Source: Blastocatellia bacterium (GTDB lineage Bacteria; Acidobacteriota; Blastocatellia; UBA7656). From it: a DNA stretch of 64,000 bases. The stretch spans positions 96,001-160,000 of the forward strand of contig CAVXWP010000004.1 in the NCBI GenBank assembly GCA_963765495.1, written 5' to 3'. Shown piece by piece: positions 9,543 to 21,900 of this stretch; position 1 is the stretch's first letter; the number at the start of each line of letters is the position of its first letter. The notes under the pieces were generated by a model. That model searched no databases and had not been told where the DNA came from. It was given only the letters and a program-made list of their open reading frames with translations. The translations under genes and the position numbers were made by a program.

Positions 9543-12500
9543 TCAGTCGTTCGAACAACTCTTCAGAATAGAGATGATTCCGCGAGTAGGAATCATCAGC
9601 CAGTCAGGGCGGTTGTTCAATTCATAGCCGATTTCATAAATGGCTTTGTCCAGAAGGAAAGCCTGTAGCAGGATTTCCTGTTCTTCTTTTTCGGCAGGCA
9701 CGAAGCTCGCGCCTTCGACGGTTTTCAGGTATGAGCGAAGAAATACGCTGCTCACGTGGCGGAACCAGGGCTCGACCCAGGGTTCAAGCACGGGGATGTC
9801 TTCGGGTCGCACATTGGAACTCTGAAGGAGCCCGCTATAGGCGGCATAATGGAAAGACCGTATCATCCCGGCCACATCGCGGAAGGGTGAACGCTTGAGC
9901 CTCCGCTCGCTCACGGCGCGGGCGGGCTCGCCTTCGAAATCAATGATCACGAAATCCTTACCCGTGTAAAGCACCTGCCCCAGATGATAGTCTCCGTGAG
10001 TCCTGATCTTTGTAGCCGAAATCTTTCTCTCACGAATTCGATTGAAGCAGTTCATTATTGCGGATTCCGAATCTAGCACGGCGCGAACCCTTGCGGCCTG
10101 ATCTTCACTCAGCCTGTTTATGTTTTTCTCCGCCAGATGCAGCACGCGCCGGGTCAGGCTCCGCATTGATTGATAAACGCTGCGCTGGTAAAGCATCGAG
10201 AAAGGCTCGGGCGCAAAATCCGGCTCGTCGGGCGCTGAAGCAAGAGCCAGATGCAACTGCCCCGTTCGCTCGCCAAACAGCTTGCTCATCTCAAGATAGA
10301 AGCCCTGTATCATCTCTGCGATTTCAGGCGAGGCTTCATCAAACCCTTCATCGAAAAGCGAAGCCGGGCCGGTCGGGGCTTCACGAGTATGCGCGCCGCT
10401 CGTAAGAACGCGGTCGAAATAGCGGCCTACGGCATCGAGCGTCAGCGTCCACGCATCGCCCGCATTTTCGACATACCCCTGTAGCAATCCAAGTATGTTT
10501 GGTTCGCCACGCCCGTGCTTTATCCCTATAGCCCCGGCAAAGGGGGGCACGTTTGCAAAGTCGGTCTTTTCGGTCAGAAACCTTATGATTTCGGGGTCGG
10601 GATTTATCCCTTCGTCTGCGCGGCGATAGAGCTTGAGAAAATACCTGTCGCCGTAGAGGATCGAAGTATTGCTCTGCTCGGCCTTGAGCACACGCGAGCG
10701 CAAAGGCCTGGCAGGCGCGCTCGCCGTGCTCGCACTCGCCGTGCTCTTGATCTTCTTTCCGTGGATCGCAACAAGCTGGCCCTCTTTTGCCTGGACCTTC
10801 TTTCCACGCAGGATCGAGGACAATAGATGGTCGCGGAACCGCTCGTCGTACACCGCGTCTATCAGAGTCGCCTCTTCATTGCCCGAACGCAGCCGCGCAA
10901 TAATCGCCTGCGGAAATTCTCGCGCTATGGATTTAGCCTTCGCCCTCGAAACAAAACTCAAAGGCAGGTGATAGATTTCAGCAGTCCCTTCGGTATAGGT
11001 CACTTCGATCAGGATCAGTTGCGCCTCTTCGCCGTTTCTTGCTACGGGGACATTTTGAACAATGTCAATATCGCGGATAGAGCGCGCCTTTCCACCGAAC
11101 CAGCGGGAACTCATCAAATAATCCGGCAGAACTCTCTTTTCCAGCCACTCTTTTTTCTCAGCCGCAAGCAAAGTTTTCCATCTAGCGGGCGCGGCCAGTT
11201 CAGGTATCTTTCGCTCCTGCCCCCCGCTCACGGCCTGTCTCTCCTGCTGTAACAAAAGCCAGTAATGATCGTAGGGTCCGAGCGTGACCACATAAGGGCG
11301 GTCCGTGATCATCGGAAATCTGTTCTGAGAGAACGCCTCTTCGGGTACGTACCCGGCATAATCGGGCAATTCCAGTTCGACCACCTGCGAAAATCTCGAC
11401 AGGTTCACGACTATCAGAAAAATCTCATCTTCGTACCGGCGGGTAAAGGCGAGGACTTTTGGGTTGCTCGGAAGGAGGAAATTTATATCGCCACGGCCAA
11501 AAGCCTTGAATCGTTTCCGCATCCCGATTACGCGCTTCATCCACCACAGCAGCGAAGAGAGATTGCCCTGTTCGGTCTCTACGTTTATCGCCTCGTGGCT
11601 GTATTCGGGATCGATGATGACGGGCAGATATAGCTTCTGCGGGTTCGAGTAGGAAAAGCCCGCGTTACGGTCGGGGCTCCACTGCATGGGCGTGCGTACG
11701 CCGTCACGGTCGCCCAGATAATAATTGTCGCCCATCCCGATTTCGTCGCCGTAATAGATGACGGGCGTACCCGGCAAGGAAAACAGCAGGATATTCATCA
11801 ACTCTATTTTCCTTCTGTTGTTGTCGAGCAGAGGCGCTAAACGGCGACGGATTCCGAGGTTGATCTTTGCGCGTGAGTCTTTGGCATAGACTCTGTACAT
11901 GTAGTCGCGCTCCTCGTCTGTGACCATCTCAAGAGTGAGTTCATCGTGATTGCGGAGGAACATGGCCCACTGGCAGTTGTCGGGGATCGCGGGCGTCTGT
12001 TCGAGTATGTCGATTATCGGGAAGCGGTCTTCCATCCTGAGCCCCATAAACATCCGGGGCATGACGGGAAAATGAAAGGCCATGTTGCACATATCGCCCT
12101 TGCCAAAGTATTCGACGGCGTCTTCGGGCCACTGATTGGCTTCGGCAAGCAGCATACGTCCGGGCCAGTTGCGATCCAGATGCGCCCGCAGTTCCCGTAA
12201 ATACCCGTAGGTTTCCGGCAGATTTTCGCAATTCGTGCCTTCGCGCTCAAACAGGTAAGGGACGGCGTCGAGCCTCATACCGTCCACACCCATTCCGAAC
12301 CAGAAATCCATAACGCGGAGAATCTCTTTTCTGACTCGCGGATTGTCGTAATTCAAATCCGGCTGGTGCGAATAGAAACGATGCCAGTAATAGGATTTTG
12401 CCACCGGGTCCCACGACCAGTTCGAAGCCTCGAAATCCTTGAAGATTATCCGCGCCTCTTTATATTTTTCCGGCGTGTCGCTCCAGACATAAAAGTCTCT

Positions 12501-12896
12501 CCACGTTGATCCCGGCTTTGCGCGCCGCGCCTTTTGAAACCAGGGATGCTGATCGGACGTGTGATTGACTACCAGTTCGGTGATGACTCGCAATCCTCGC
12601 TTGTGGGCTTCTTTGAGAAAAGTTTTGAAATCCTGCAAGGCCCCGTAATCGGGATTGATCGAAAAGAAATCCGCTATATCATACCCGTCGTCCCTGAGCG
12701 GCGAAGGGTAAAAAGGCAGGAGCCAGATGGCGGTCACGCCAAGCCCTTCGAGATAATCGAGCTTTTCAATCAGGCCACGGAAATCGCCTATGCCGTCTCC
12801 GTTACTGTCACGGAAAGCCTTTATGTGAAGCTCGTAAATAATTGCGTCCTTATACCAGAGCGGGTCTTCTTCGAGATGCGGTTCTCGACGCGACAT
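9543..12896 (-). CDS. treS: Trehalose synthase fused to maltokinase (TreS-Mak/Pep2)
   Basis: N-terminal [33 protein letters not shown] and [11 protein letters not shown]; C-terminal [22 protein letters not shown] and DFEGEP kinase motifs. Confidence 0.95.
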   Translation of the reverse strand: MSRREPHLEEDPLWYKDAIIYELHIKAFRDSNGDGIGDFRGLIEKLDYLEGLGVTAIWLLPFYPSPLRDDGYDIADFFSINPDYGALQDFKTFLKEAHKRGLRVITELVVNHTSDQHPWFQKARRAKPGSTWRDFYVWSDTPEKYKEARIIFKDFEASNWSWDPVAKSYYWHRFYSHQPDLNYDNPRVRKEILRVMDFWFGMGVDGMRLDAVPYLFEREGTNCENLPETYGYLRELRAHLDRNWPGRMLLAEANQWPEDAVEYFGKGDMCNMAFHFPVMPRMFMGLRMEDRFPIIDILEQTPAIPDNCQWAMFLRNHDELTLEMVTDEERDYMYRVYAKDSRAKINLGIRRRLAPLLDNNRRKIELMNILLFSLPGTPVIYYGDEIGMGDNYYLGDRDGVRTPMQWSPDRNAGFSYSNPQKLYLPVIIDPEYSHEAINVETEQGNLSSLLWWMKRVIGMRKRFKAFGRGDINFLLPSNPKVLAFTRRYEDEIFLIVVNLSRFSQVVELELPDYAGYVPEEAFSQNRFPMITDRPYVVTLGPYDHYWLLLQQERQAVSGGQERKIPELAAPARWKTLLAAEKKEWLEKRVLPDYLMSSRWFGGKARSIRDIDIVQNVPVARNGEEAQLILIEVTYTEGTAEIYHLPLSFVSRAKAKSIAREFPQAIIARLRSGNEEATLIDAVYDERFRDHLLSSILRGKKVQAKEGQLVAIHGKKIKSTASASTASAPARPLRSRVLKAEQSNTSILYGDRYFLKLYRRADEGINPDPEIIRFLTEKTDFANVPPFAGAIGIKHGRGEPNILGLLQGYVENAGDAWTLTLDAVGRYFDRVLTSGAHTREAPTGPASLFDEGFDEASPEIAEMIQGFYLEMSKLFGERTGQLHLALASAPDEPDFAPEPFSMLYQRSVYQSMRSLTRRVLHLAEKNINRLSEDQAARVRAVLDSESAIMNCFNRIRERKISATKIRTHGDYHLGQVLYTGKDFVIIDFEGEPARAVSERRLKRSPFRDVAGMIRSFHYAAYSGLLQSSNVRPEDIPVLEPWVEPWFRHVSSVFLRSYLKTVEGASFVPAEKEEQEILLQAFLLDKAIYEIGYELNNRPDWLMIPTRGIISILKSCSND

Positions 12897-12913
12897 CCAT
12901 TAGCCTCCTTGTT

Positions 12914-14893
12914 TTACATGAAATAATCGAAATCACTCTCCTTACGCAGCCGTCTGCGAAGGCGGAATATGTGCGCGGGCAAGACCTGCGGGTTTAGCTC
13001 GACATAGTTGCGCTCGCCCTGCCACATGTATTTGTCATCGCTCAAGAGATCGTGGACGAGGTAGGGCTGCGCGGGCTCTATGTCGAATTCTTCCAGCGGA
13101 ACCTTGACCACTTCCGACTGAGTGTGAAATGGATCGAGATTGACCGTCACCAGGATGATATTCGAGAGGTCTTTCGTCGCCTTGCTGAAGTAAAGAATGC
13201 TCTGGTTGGTCGTCTCGTAAAATTCCAGGTTCCTCGTACTCTGCAAGGCGGGGTTGGTCTTTCTTATCCTGTTCAGTCTGGTTATGAACTCTCTCAGATT
13301 ACCCTCCTGATTCAGATTCCATTCTTTGATCTCGTACTTTTCGGAATTCAGGTACTCCTCTTTCCCCTGTATGGCTTCGCTGACCGTCAACTCGTAGGCC
13401 GGTCCGTACAACCCGTAATTGCTTGAGAGCGTCGCGGCCAGAACCAGCCGGATCACAAAGGCCGAGCGCCCGCCGTATTGCAAAAATTCCGGGAGAATAT
13501 CGGGCGTATTCGGCCAGAAATTCGGGTGAAAGTATTCCCGCACTTCGGTCGTGGTAAGCTCGGTCAGGTATTCGGTCAGATCGAGCTTTGTGTTGCGCCA
13601 CGTGAAGTATGTATAAGATTGAGTGAAGCCGATTTTGGCAAGCCGGTACATCACTTTTGGCCGCGTGAAGGCTTCCGATAAAAATATAGTCTCCGGGTAT
13701 TCGCGTTTCACTTCCCCGATCAGCCATTCCCAGAACGGAATCGGCTTTGTGTGCGGATTATCTACCCTGAAGATGTGCACCCCCTTTTCGCTCCAGAACA
13801 GAAAGACGCTTTTCAACTCCTTCCACATCGCCTGCCAGTCTTTTGATTCAAAGTTAAAAGGCAGCACGTCCTCGTATTTCTTCGGGGGGTTCTCGGCGTA
13901 CTGAACGGTGCCGTCTGGCCGCCACTTGAACCAGTCGGGATGCTCTTTCACATAGGGATGATCGGGCGATGCCTGAAACGCTATGTCAATCGCCACATCG
14001 ATGCCGAGTTCTTTCGCCCTCTCGACGAACCGTTCAAAATCTTCCAGGGTGCCAAGCTCGGGGTTGACGGCTTTATGGCCCCCGGCCTCAGACCCGATAG
14101 CCCAGGGGCTTCCCGGTTCGCCCGGCTCCGAAGTGGGAGAGTTGTTTTTTCCTTTGCGCTTGGTGTTGCCTATGGGATGAATCGGCGGGAGGTATATGAC
14201 ATCGAACCCCATACGAGCTATTTCAGGCAGGCGCTTTTCGCAGTCCTTAAATGTAGAGTGATGCCCGCTCGCAGAACCACACGACCGGGGAAAGAATTCA
14301 TACCACGAACTGAACAATGCGCGCTTTCTGTCTACCGTTACCGCCAGTTCTTTTTCGTAACTGGTCGCAAGCGATTTATCGGGGTAGGTCTTCATCAATA
14401 GCTTCAAGTCTTCGCTTAAGGCTACGGATGTCGAAACCCCTATGCTGTCTTCATCTCTGAGCGTTGCGGCCCATTGATTCATTTTTTTTGCGTCCGTGCC
14501 CTTTGCTCTGGTTGCCGCTTGATCGATCAAATCAGCGCCGATCAGCAAATCAACCTTCACATCCTGCCCCGCTTCCACTTTCTTCTTGAGGTCTTTCTGC
14601 CAGGTCTGAAAATGATCTACCCACCCTTGCACGGTGTAATAATAGCGGCCGATCTTATCGACCGTAAAAGTGGCTTCCCATTCATCGTTGACGAGAGCTT
14701 TCATAGGCGTCTCCCGCCACTTCTTTTCATCCTCGCCGCGATAGAGCAAGATGGCCGAGACCAGATCGTGACCGTCAGTAAATATGGCGGCCCGCACTGC
14801 GACCTCTTCGTCAACGACGCGCTTTATGGGAAAGCGCCCGCAATCAATCTCCGGTTTTACTCGTTCAATAATTACTCTCTGTCTCTTCTCCAA
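12914..14893 (-). CDS. glgE: Alpha-1,4-glucan:maltose-1-phosphate maltosyltransferase
   Basis: WYEFFPRS, YLPPIHPIG, YAENPPKKYED, FRVDNPHTKP, QSYTYFTWRN and NTPDIL motifs. Confidence 0.95.
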   Translation of the reverse strand: MEKRQRVIIERVKPEIDCGRFPIKRVVDEEVAVRAAIFTDGHDLVSAILLYRGEDEKKWRETPMKALVNDEWEATFTVDKIGRYYYTVQGWVDHFQTWQKDLKKKVEAGQDVKVDLLIGADLIDQAATRAKGTDAKKMNQWAATLRDEDSIGVSTSVALSEDLKLLMKTYPDKSLATSYEKELAVTVDRKRALFSSWYEFFPRSCGSASGHHSTFKDCEKRLPEIARMGFDVIYLPPIHPIGNTKRKGKNNSPTSEPGEPGSPWAIGSEAGGHKAVNPELGTLEDFERFVERAKELGIDVAIDIAFQASPDHPYVKEHPDWFKWRPDGTVQYAENPPKKYEDVLPFNFESKDWQAMWKELKSVFLFWSEKGVHIFRVDNPHTKPIPFWEWLIGEVKREYPETIFLSEAFTRPKVMYRLAKIGFTQSYTYFTWRNTKLDLTEYLTELTTTEVREYFHPNFWPNTPDILPEFLQYGGRSAFVIRLVLAATLSSNYGLYGPAYELTVSEAIQGKEEYLNSEKYEIKEWNLNQEGNLREFITRLNRIRKTNPALQSTRNLEFYETTNQSILYFSKATKDLSNIILVTVNLDPFHTQSEVVKVPLEEFDIEPAQPYLVHDLLSDDKYMWQGERNYVELNPQVLPAHIFRLRRRLRKESDFDYFM

Positions 14894-15258
14894 AGTCTGT
14901 CTCCTCGATAGTTTTCCGGGAATGAAAGCCGGTGAAGTTGAAATGCCGGGTCCACACTCAGCCGTGAAGATGGTATTAAATCTGCTATAAAGATTGATTT
15001 TAGCCAGGTGATCCCGAGCTATTTTGTTTCAATGATAATCTTCATTCGGCTGCTTTCAAGCGAGTAAGCTTATTATCGCCTTCGCTTTCAAGACTATCCG
15101 ATTAGCCCGCCGGGCCGCAAGTTGAATGCTTGCGAGCGGGTGATTTTCAAGACAGGATTACAAGCATTGCTCTCTCTAAATTCAAATATGGTCAATAGAA
15201 ATAAGTCACGGATGCCCCCTCACCTCTCAGACAAATTCCTTATCACTATGAGCGGCCG

Positions 15259-17484
15259 TTAAATGGAAGCCCGGTTTTCCTGTCTGGTGAGGTCTGCGAT
15301 GATCGTTATTAATTCCGCCGGGTCCACGGGTTTGGTTACGTGCATTTGAAAGCCTGCCGACAGCACCATCTCTCGATCCCTCGCGCTTGCAAATGCCGTC
15401 AGGGCAATCGCAGGGACATTGCCGCCCTGATCGGCCTCAAGCGACCTCACTTTGCCTATCAGGGAATAGCCGTCTTCATCCGGCATCCCAAGATCAGACA
15501 ACAAAAGGTCCGGGTTCCAACTGCATAGTTCCTCTAATGCCTCGGCGGCAGAAGCGGTGGCTCGGACATCGGCCCCGCTCCGGGTCAGCACGTGTTCGAG
15601 CATGGCCCGCGTATCGTTATCGTCTTCGACGACAAGTATTCGCAAGTTGTCGAGTTCCTGCGTGACCTTTTCGACCGTAGCATCAATGGGGCTTGCCGAC
15701 TCCGGCTGGCGCTCGGCCTCCTCGGGTTGGTCGGTATCATCTGCGGCAGTCATCGGTAATTCAATCGTAAAGGTAGCACCCTTTCCCAGACCTTTGCTCT
15801 CGGCCCGGACGGTTCCCCCGTGCATCTCTACGAGGTGGCGGACTATCGCAAGCCCCAGACCGAGCCCGCCGTGTCTTCTTACGAGCGAGCCCTCGGCCTG
15901 GCGGAAGCGATCAAAGACGAAGGGCAAGAGGTCTTCGCTGATCCCTTCGCCCGTGTCGGTTACGATTATGCGGAATCTCGAATCGACTCTGTCGAGAATG
16001 ACCCTGACCTGCCCGCCCACGGGGGTGAATTTGACGGCGTTCGATACCAGATTCCAGACTACCTGTTGCAAGCGGTCGGGGTCGCAGGCCACCTGCCCTA
16101 TTGACGGGTCCAGCGACAATTCAAGCTGTATGGCTTTGCCTTCGGCGGCCGGGCCAATGGCATCAACCGCCATTTCGATGATCGGGACAATCTCGACGGG
16201 TTGGATTTCAAGACGCATCTTTCCGGTGATGATTCGTGAAACATCGAGGATATCTTCGACGAGTTGGGCCTGAGATTTCGCGTTGCGCTCGATGGTTTCA
16301 AGGGCCCGGGCGACCGTTTCTTCGTCAAGCTGATTTGTTCTGAGCAATCGCGCCCATCCGAGAACCGCGTTTAGCGGGGTGCGGAGTTCGTGCGAAACCG
16401 TAGCAAGAAACTCGTCTTTTGCGCGGTTGGCCTCTTCGGCCAGACGGCGAGCGTCCTGCTCGCTTAGGAGCAAATCCAGTCTCTCTTCTTCTATCCGTTT
16501 GCGCTCCTGTACCTCGGCCTTGAGCGCCTGATTGGAGCTTGCCAGTTCGCGAGTTCTATCCTGCACCCGAATTTCCAAATCTTCTTTTGCGCGTCTTAAA
16601 GCCTCCTGCACTCGCTTCTGCTCGGTTACGTCTATGCCGGTCCTGATGATAAAATCGACCGAGCCGTCCTCTTTTTGAAGCGCTGTCGTAGTCCAGGAAA
16701 TGATTCGGGATGCGCCTTCCCTCGTCACCCAGAAATTCTCGCTCTCGATAGGATATTCGCCTGCCTTGACCCGTTCAAAGACGCTCGTTACCGCCTCGAC
16801 CTCTTCCGCGATCAAAAAAAGGTCTTCAAGCCTGCGGCCTACCACTTCGTCAAACCTGTAGCCGCTGATCTGCTCGCACGCGCGGTTAAACCTCACTATT
16901 CGATCCTGATCGTCTATGACCACAACCAGGCTGCCCGCCGTATCGAGCACCGCCGATATGAAATCCCTCTCCTTGAAAAGCTCTTGATTTTTGCGTTCGA
17001 TCTCTTCGTAGAGGGCAACGACAGCCCTGTTTTTTTCCTCCTGATCGCGATTCGCTTCTCTGAGCAGTTCAGCCTGCCGCTTTATCTCTTCGGTCTTCTT
17101 ATAGAGGTCGATAAAGACGCTCACCTTCGCCTTCAGTATCTCGGGCTCGAAGGGTTTGAAGATATAATCTACCGCGCCAAGCGAATAGCCTCTGAAGACC
17201 TGGGCCTCGCTCTTGTGCATCGCAGTCAGAAAGATTATCGGTATCGTCTGTGACTTTTCGCGCTCTCTTATCAACGCCGCCGTCTCAAAGCCATCCAGGC
17301 TCGGCATGTGAACGTCCAGCAATATCACGGCGAAATCGTCTCTCAGCACCAGCCGCAGAGCTTCGAGCCCCGATGTAGCCCTCACCATTCGCTGATCGAG
17401 ATAGCTGAGTGTGGCTTCAAGGGCCACTAGATTCTCTTCCCGGTCGTCAACAAGAAGTATGTTGACCTTATCATCGAGTTGCAT
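15259..17484 (-). CDS. Hybrid sensor histidine kinase (REC-PAS-HisKA-HATPase-REC)
   Basis: ILLVDD receiver, PAS (FNRACEQISGY), [20 protein letters not shown] and C-terminal receiver. Start moved to ATG 17484, which has GAGGT upstream. Confidence 0.9.
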   Translation of the reverse strand: MQLDDKVNILLVDDREENLVALEATLSYLDQRMVRATSGLEALRLVLRDDFAVILLDVHMPSLDGFETAALIREREKSQTIPIIFLTAMHKSEAQVFRGYSLGAVDYIFKPFEPEILKAKVSVFIDLYKKTEEIKRQAELLREANRDQEEKNRAVVALYEEIERKNQELFKERDFISAVLDTAGSLVVVIDDQDRIVRFNRACEQISGYRFDEVVGRRLEDLFLIAEEVEAVTSVFERVKAGEYPIESENFWVTREGASRIISWTTTALQKEDGSVDFIIRTGIDVTEQKRVQEALRRAKEDLEIRVQDRTRELASSNQALKAEVQERKRIEEERLDLLLSEQDARRLAEEANRAKDEFLATVSHELRTPLNAVLGWARLLRTNQLDEETVARALETIERNAKSQAQLVEDILDVSRIITGKMRLEIQPVEIVPIIEMAVDAIGPAAEGKAIQLELSLDPSIGQVACDPDRLQQVVWNLVSNAVKFTPVGGQVRVILDRVDSRFRIIVTDTGEGISEDLLPFVFDRFRQAEGSLVRRHGGLGLGLAIVRHLVEMHGGTVRAESKGLGKGATFTIELPMTAADDTDQPEEAERQPESASPIDATVEKVTQELDNLRILVVEDDNDTRAMLEHVLTRSGADVRATASAAEALEELCSWNPDLLLSDLGMPDEDGYSLIGKVRSLEADQGGNVPAIALTAFASARDREMVLSAGFQMHVTKPVDPAELITIIADLTRQENRASI

Positions 17485-17494
17485 CCTGAATACC

Positions 17495-18058
17495 TCAACT
17501 TCCTTTTGAGAGAGCGACCAGAAGTGGGGCAATCTCCGCAAGCGAAAGTATACGGTCTACCCGCGTACACTTTATGGCGGCTTCCGGCATCACAGGGCAC
17601 TCTGCCGTTGCCGGGTCCTGCACCACTGTGAATCCGCCCCGGCTTTTTACCTTTGCGATGCCCCGCGCGCCGTCGTCATTGGCCCCGGTCATAAGTACGG
17701 CTATTGCCTTTTCCTTGTAGGCATCGGCGGCCGATTCGAAGAGAACGTCTATGGACGGGCGCGCATAACGAACGGGCCGCGACGTGGAAAGCGCGAAGTG
17801 CCCTTCTTCGATCAGCAGATGGTAATCGGGCGGGCCAAGAAACACGCCCGGTACGATCTCCTGCTTGTCTTCGACTTCAACCACCGGCAAAGGGCAGCAT
17901 CGTTGCAGAAGGAGTGCAAGCGAGCCTGTAGATTCGGCGCTGCGATGCTGCACGGCCGCAATAGGCACAGGGAAATTACCCGGCAAACCCGATATCAGGA
18001 CTTCCATCGCGCGGAACCCTCCGAGCGATGAGCCTAAAACTATCAACTCAAACCTCAA
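17495..18058 (-). CDS. cheB: Stand-alone CheB-type methylesterase (no receiver domain)
   Basis: GSSLGG, VQHR, RPSIDVLFESAA, TGANDDG and MPEAAI motifs. Confidence 0.88.
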   Translation of the reverse strand: MRFELIVLGSSLGGFRAMEVLISGLPGNFPVPIAAVQHRSAESTGSLALLLQRCCPLPVVEVEDKQEIVPGVFLGPPDYHLLIEEGHFALSTSRPVRYARPSIDVLFESAADAYKEKAIAVLMTGANDDGARGIAKVKSRGGFTVVQDPATAECPVMPEAAIKCTRVDRILSLAEIAPLLVALSKGS

Positions 18059-18907
18059 CTAGACGATCCTCCTGTAAAGCTTCTCTCTTTTGTCGATCTG
18101 TTCGTAGTGATGCTCGTGCGGCGTGTAGTTGAGCGATTCCTTCTGCCCCAGCCCCAGAACCCCGAACATAGAGAGACTGTCATAGAGAAGATTGTGAACC
18201 CTGTCCTGAAGTATCTTGTTGAAATAGATAAGCACATTTCTGCAAAGCGTGACGTTGAACTCGTTGAACGATCCGTCGGTTACGAGGTTGTGCTGCGAAA
18301 AGACTACGTTCCGCCTGAGCGAAGACCGAAAGATCGCGTTGTCATAGTTCGCCGTGTAATACTCCGAAAATGATCGCTTGCCGCCCGCTTTGACATAGTT
18401 ATTTATGTACCCTTGCATGAAGTGCAGAGGGTAGATGCCCGCCATCGCCTGTTTCAGCACCGACTCATTCAGATCAGTGGCATAGATGCGACAGCGATCA
18501 TAGATGCCTTCTTCTTCGAGCAGTATCGCTAGCGAATAGACCTCCTCGCCCGTCGAGCACCCGGCATGCCAGATGCGAATAAATGGAAAAGTCCTGAGAA
18601 TGGGCACAACTTTCTCTCTAAAAACGATGTAAAAGCCCGGGTCTCGAAACATCGCCGTCACGTTGACCGTGAGCGCAAGAAGAAACCGCTCGAAACAGCC
18701 CGAGTCGTGCAGCAATCGCTCCTGAAGGGCCGAGACGTTCTCAAGCTCTTCGTTTGCCATCACCTCAAGTATTCTCCGCCTGAGCGAAGCAGGGGCATAC
18801 TCCCGAAAATCATAGCCGTAGTGGGAATAAATCCCTTCCAGAAGCAGCCGGATTTCCAGAGCCTCAAGATCATAGCTGTCGGGATTCAAAATCCTATCGG
18901 CAATCAT
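18059..18907 (-). CDS. cheR: CheR-type protein-glutamate methyltransferase
   Basis: [27 protein letters not shown] and CRNVLIYF motifs. Start placed at ATG 18907 (ATGA overlap with the upstream kinase stop). Confidence 0.9.
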   Translation of the reverse strand: MIADRILNPDSYDLEALEIRLLLEGIYSHYGYDFREYAPASLRRRILEVMANEELENVSALQERLLHDSGCFERFLLALTVNVTAMFRDPGFYIVFREKVVPILRTFPFIRIWHAGCSTGEEVYSLAILLEEEGIYDRCRIYATDLNESVLKQAMAGIYPLHFMQGYINNYVKAGGKRSFSEYYTANYDNAIFRSSLRRNVVFSQHNLVTDGSFNEFNVTLCRNVLIYFNKILQDRVHNLLYDSLSMFGVLGLGQKESLNYTPHEHHYEQIDKREKLYRRIV

Positions 18908-21900
18908 TTGTATAACCAGACTCGAAGCAGCGACATCAGTTGTTGAATGTCTATAGGCTTGGTGATGTAATCGGAAGCGCCTGCTTCGATGCACTTCTCT
19001 CTGTCACCCTTCATCGCCTTCGCCGTAAGCGCGATGATTGGAAGCGACTTGAACTTCTCTATGCTCCTGATTGCTCGCATAGCCTCGTAGCCGTCAAGCT
19101 CAGGCATCATGACATCCATCAACACAATGTCTACATTGGGCGTGCCCTCGAGCAGGTCGAGCGCGTCCTTGCCGTTTTCGGCGTAGATTACCTCCATGTT
19201 ATGTCGTTCGAGCGCGCTTGTGAGGGCAAAGATATTGCGAATGTCATCGTCTACGATCATCACCTTCTTGCCCGCGATAGTCGAATCGGTCTGATGGAGT
19301 TGTTCGAGCAATCGCCGTTTCGGTTCGGGCATGTGAGCCTCCACGCGATGCAGGAAAAGGGCGGTCTCATCAAGCAACCGTTCCATGGATTTCACATCCT
19401 TGACGATAACCGTCTCTGCCAGCCGCTTGAGTTCGGTCTCTTCGGATTTTGAGAGGTCTTTACCCGTATAAACTATGATGGGCAGATCAGCCCCTCCGGC
19501 CTCTTTCTTTATCCGACTGATCAGATCAAAGCCGGTCATGCCGGGTAAACCCAGATCAATCACCACGCAATCAAAGACCTGCTCTCTGAGCGCCTCAAGA
19601 GCCTCTTCACCCGTAGCGACGGCGGTTGTTTGCACATCGCCGTTGCCTATCAATTCGACTATCGTCTGACGCTGAACGTCGTTGTCTTCGACCACGAGCA
19701 AACGCCTTGCGGGCCGTTCGATAAAGCCTTTTATGTTTGAAAACGCCTCTTTCAAAGCATCTCTGGTGACGGGTTTCTTCAGATAGACTCGCGCTCCCAT
19801 CTTCAATCCCACCTGCGCATCTTCGGCAAGCGAGATGATGTGGACGGGGATATGCCGCGTGCCGGGGTCGTGCTTCAGGCGGTCAAGCACGGCCAGCCCG
19901 TGCATGCCCGGCAGCCGAATATCGAGGGTGATCGCATCGGGGAGCAGTTTGCGCGCAAGCGCGAGCGCCACATCTCCGCGCGAGGTGACGAGCACCTTGA
20001 ACCCTTTTTCGTGTCCCATGTCCATCAAAATGCGGGCAAAGTTTGCATCGTCTTCGACAACGAGCAGAACCTTGTCGTCCGGCCCAATCTCATCCCGGTC
20101 ATCGGCTATTTCACCCGGCAACGGCGTGAGCGAATCCGCGTCGGCTTCAAACTCTCTATCGTCTGATCGGTGTGGAATCCTTGTCTGAAACTCTCCTGAG
20201 ATTTTCGGGTGCGGGGTCGGTTCCGCAGGCACAAACGAGAGCGGCAGATAGAGTGTAAAGGTGCTGCCTTCACCCGGCGTGCTCGACATGCTCAGTTCGC
20301 CGCCAAGCAGGCTTGCGATCTCGCGACTGATAGAAAGACCCAGCCCCGTCCCGCCGTACTTTCTACTCGTAGTCCCGTCCGCCTGCTGAAAGGCTTCGAA
20401 GATAATCCTGTGCTTCTCTTTCGGAATGCCTATACCTGTGTCACAGACTGAAAAGGCTATGACATGGTCGGCGCGGTTGAGCATGCCGTTGTCGTAAATC
20501 CAGCCCTTCGAAGCCATCTCTATGTGCAGGGCGACCTCGCCTTCTTCGGTAAATTTGAAGGCATTCGAGAGCAGATTGTTTATCACCTGTTGCAATCGTT
20601 TGGCGTCGGTTGTGACAAATTCGGGAAGGTCGGGCGCAAGTTCGATCTTGAATCCGACTCCCTTTGTTTCTGCGACCGGGCGAAATGCCCGCTCGATATC
20701 GTCTCGCATTTTTCTGAAAGGCAGGTCGGATACTTCGACCCCCATGTTGCCGGATTCGATCTTTGAGAGGTCGAGTATCTCGTTTATAAGCGCAAGCAGA
20801 TCGGCCCCGGAAGAGTGAATCGTCTGAGCAAATTCGATCTGTTTGGTAGAGAGGTTTGTGTTGGGATTCTCCGCGAGCAGTTCGGAAAGCACCAGCATGC
20901 TGTTTAGCGGGGTGCGGAGTTCGTGCGACATATTGGCGAGAAATTCCGACTTGTATTTCGAGGTTAGCGCCAGTTGTTCGGCCTTCTCTTCGAGCGCGCG
21001 GCGGGCCTGCTCTATCTCTCGATTCTTGCGTTCGACCTCCGATTTTTGCTCGGACAACAACTGGGCCTTCTCTTCGAGTTCCTCGTTTGTCTGCTGTAAC
21101 TCTTCCTGCTGCTGTTTCAGAAGCTCTTCCGATGCCTGCAATGATCTGGCCTGTTGTTCCAGCCTCACGTTTGTTTCGGTCAGTTCCGTCTTTTGCGTTT
21201 GCAGTTCGTAGGTGAGCGATTGCGACTGTTTCAGCAATTCCTCGGTCCGCATATTGGCTTCGATAGTGTTGAGCACGATGCCTATGCTTTCGGTGAGTTG
21301 ATCGAGGAAAGCCAGATGGGTTTCGCTGAATCGGCGGAATGAAGCCAGCTCGATGACGGCCTTGACCTGCCCTTCAAACAGGACGGGCAGCACTACGATG
21401 TTGAGCGGCGTGGCCTCACCCAGCCCCGAGTTGATCTTTATGTAATCTTCCGGGACATTCGAAATCAGAATCCTCTCTCTTTCAAGAGCGCATTGCCCGA
21501 TCAAGCTTTCACCCAGCCTGTACCGGCTTGAGAGGTTCTTTCGTTCCTTGTAGGCGTAGCTTGCGCGCAACGCGAATTGCGGCTCTTCGTCCAGATTTTC
21601 GCCCACGTAAAACGCGCCGTGCTGAACGTTTACGAGCGGAGCCAGTTCCGAAAGGATGAGCCGGGAGACGGTCAGCAAATCCTTCTGGCCCTGCAATAAT
21701 TGAGTAAACTTCGCGAGGTTGGTCTTCAGCCAGTCCTGCTCGGTGTTCTTGCGTGTAGTGTCCTTGAGATTGCGGATCATTTCATTGATGTTGTCCTTGA
21801 GCGCCGCAACTTCGCCCGCTGCCTCTACGCTGATTGATCGGGTCAGATCGCCTTTGGTAACTGCCGTAGCGACTTCTGCGATAGCTCGCACCTGCGTGGT

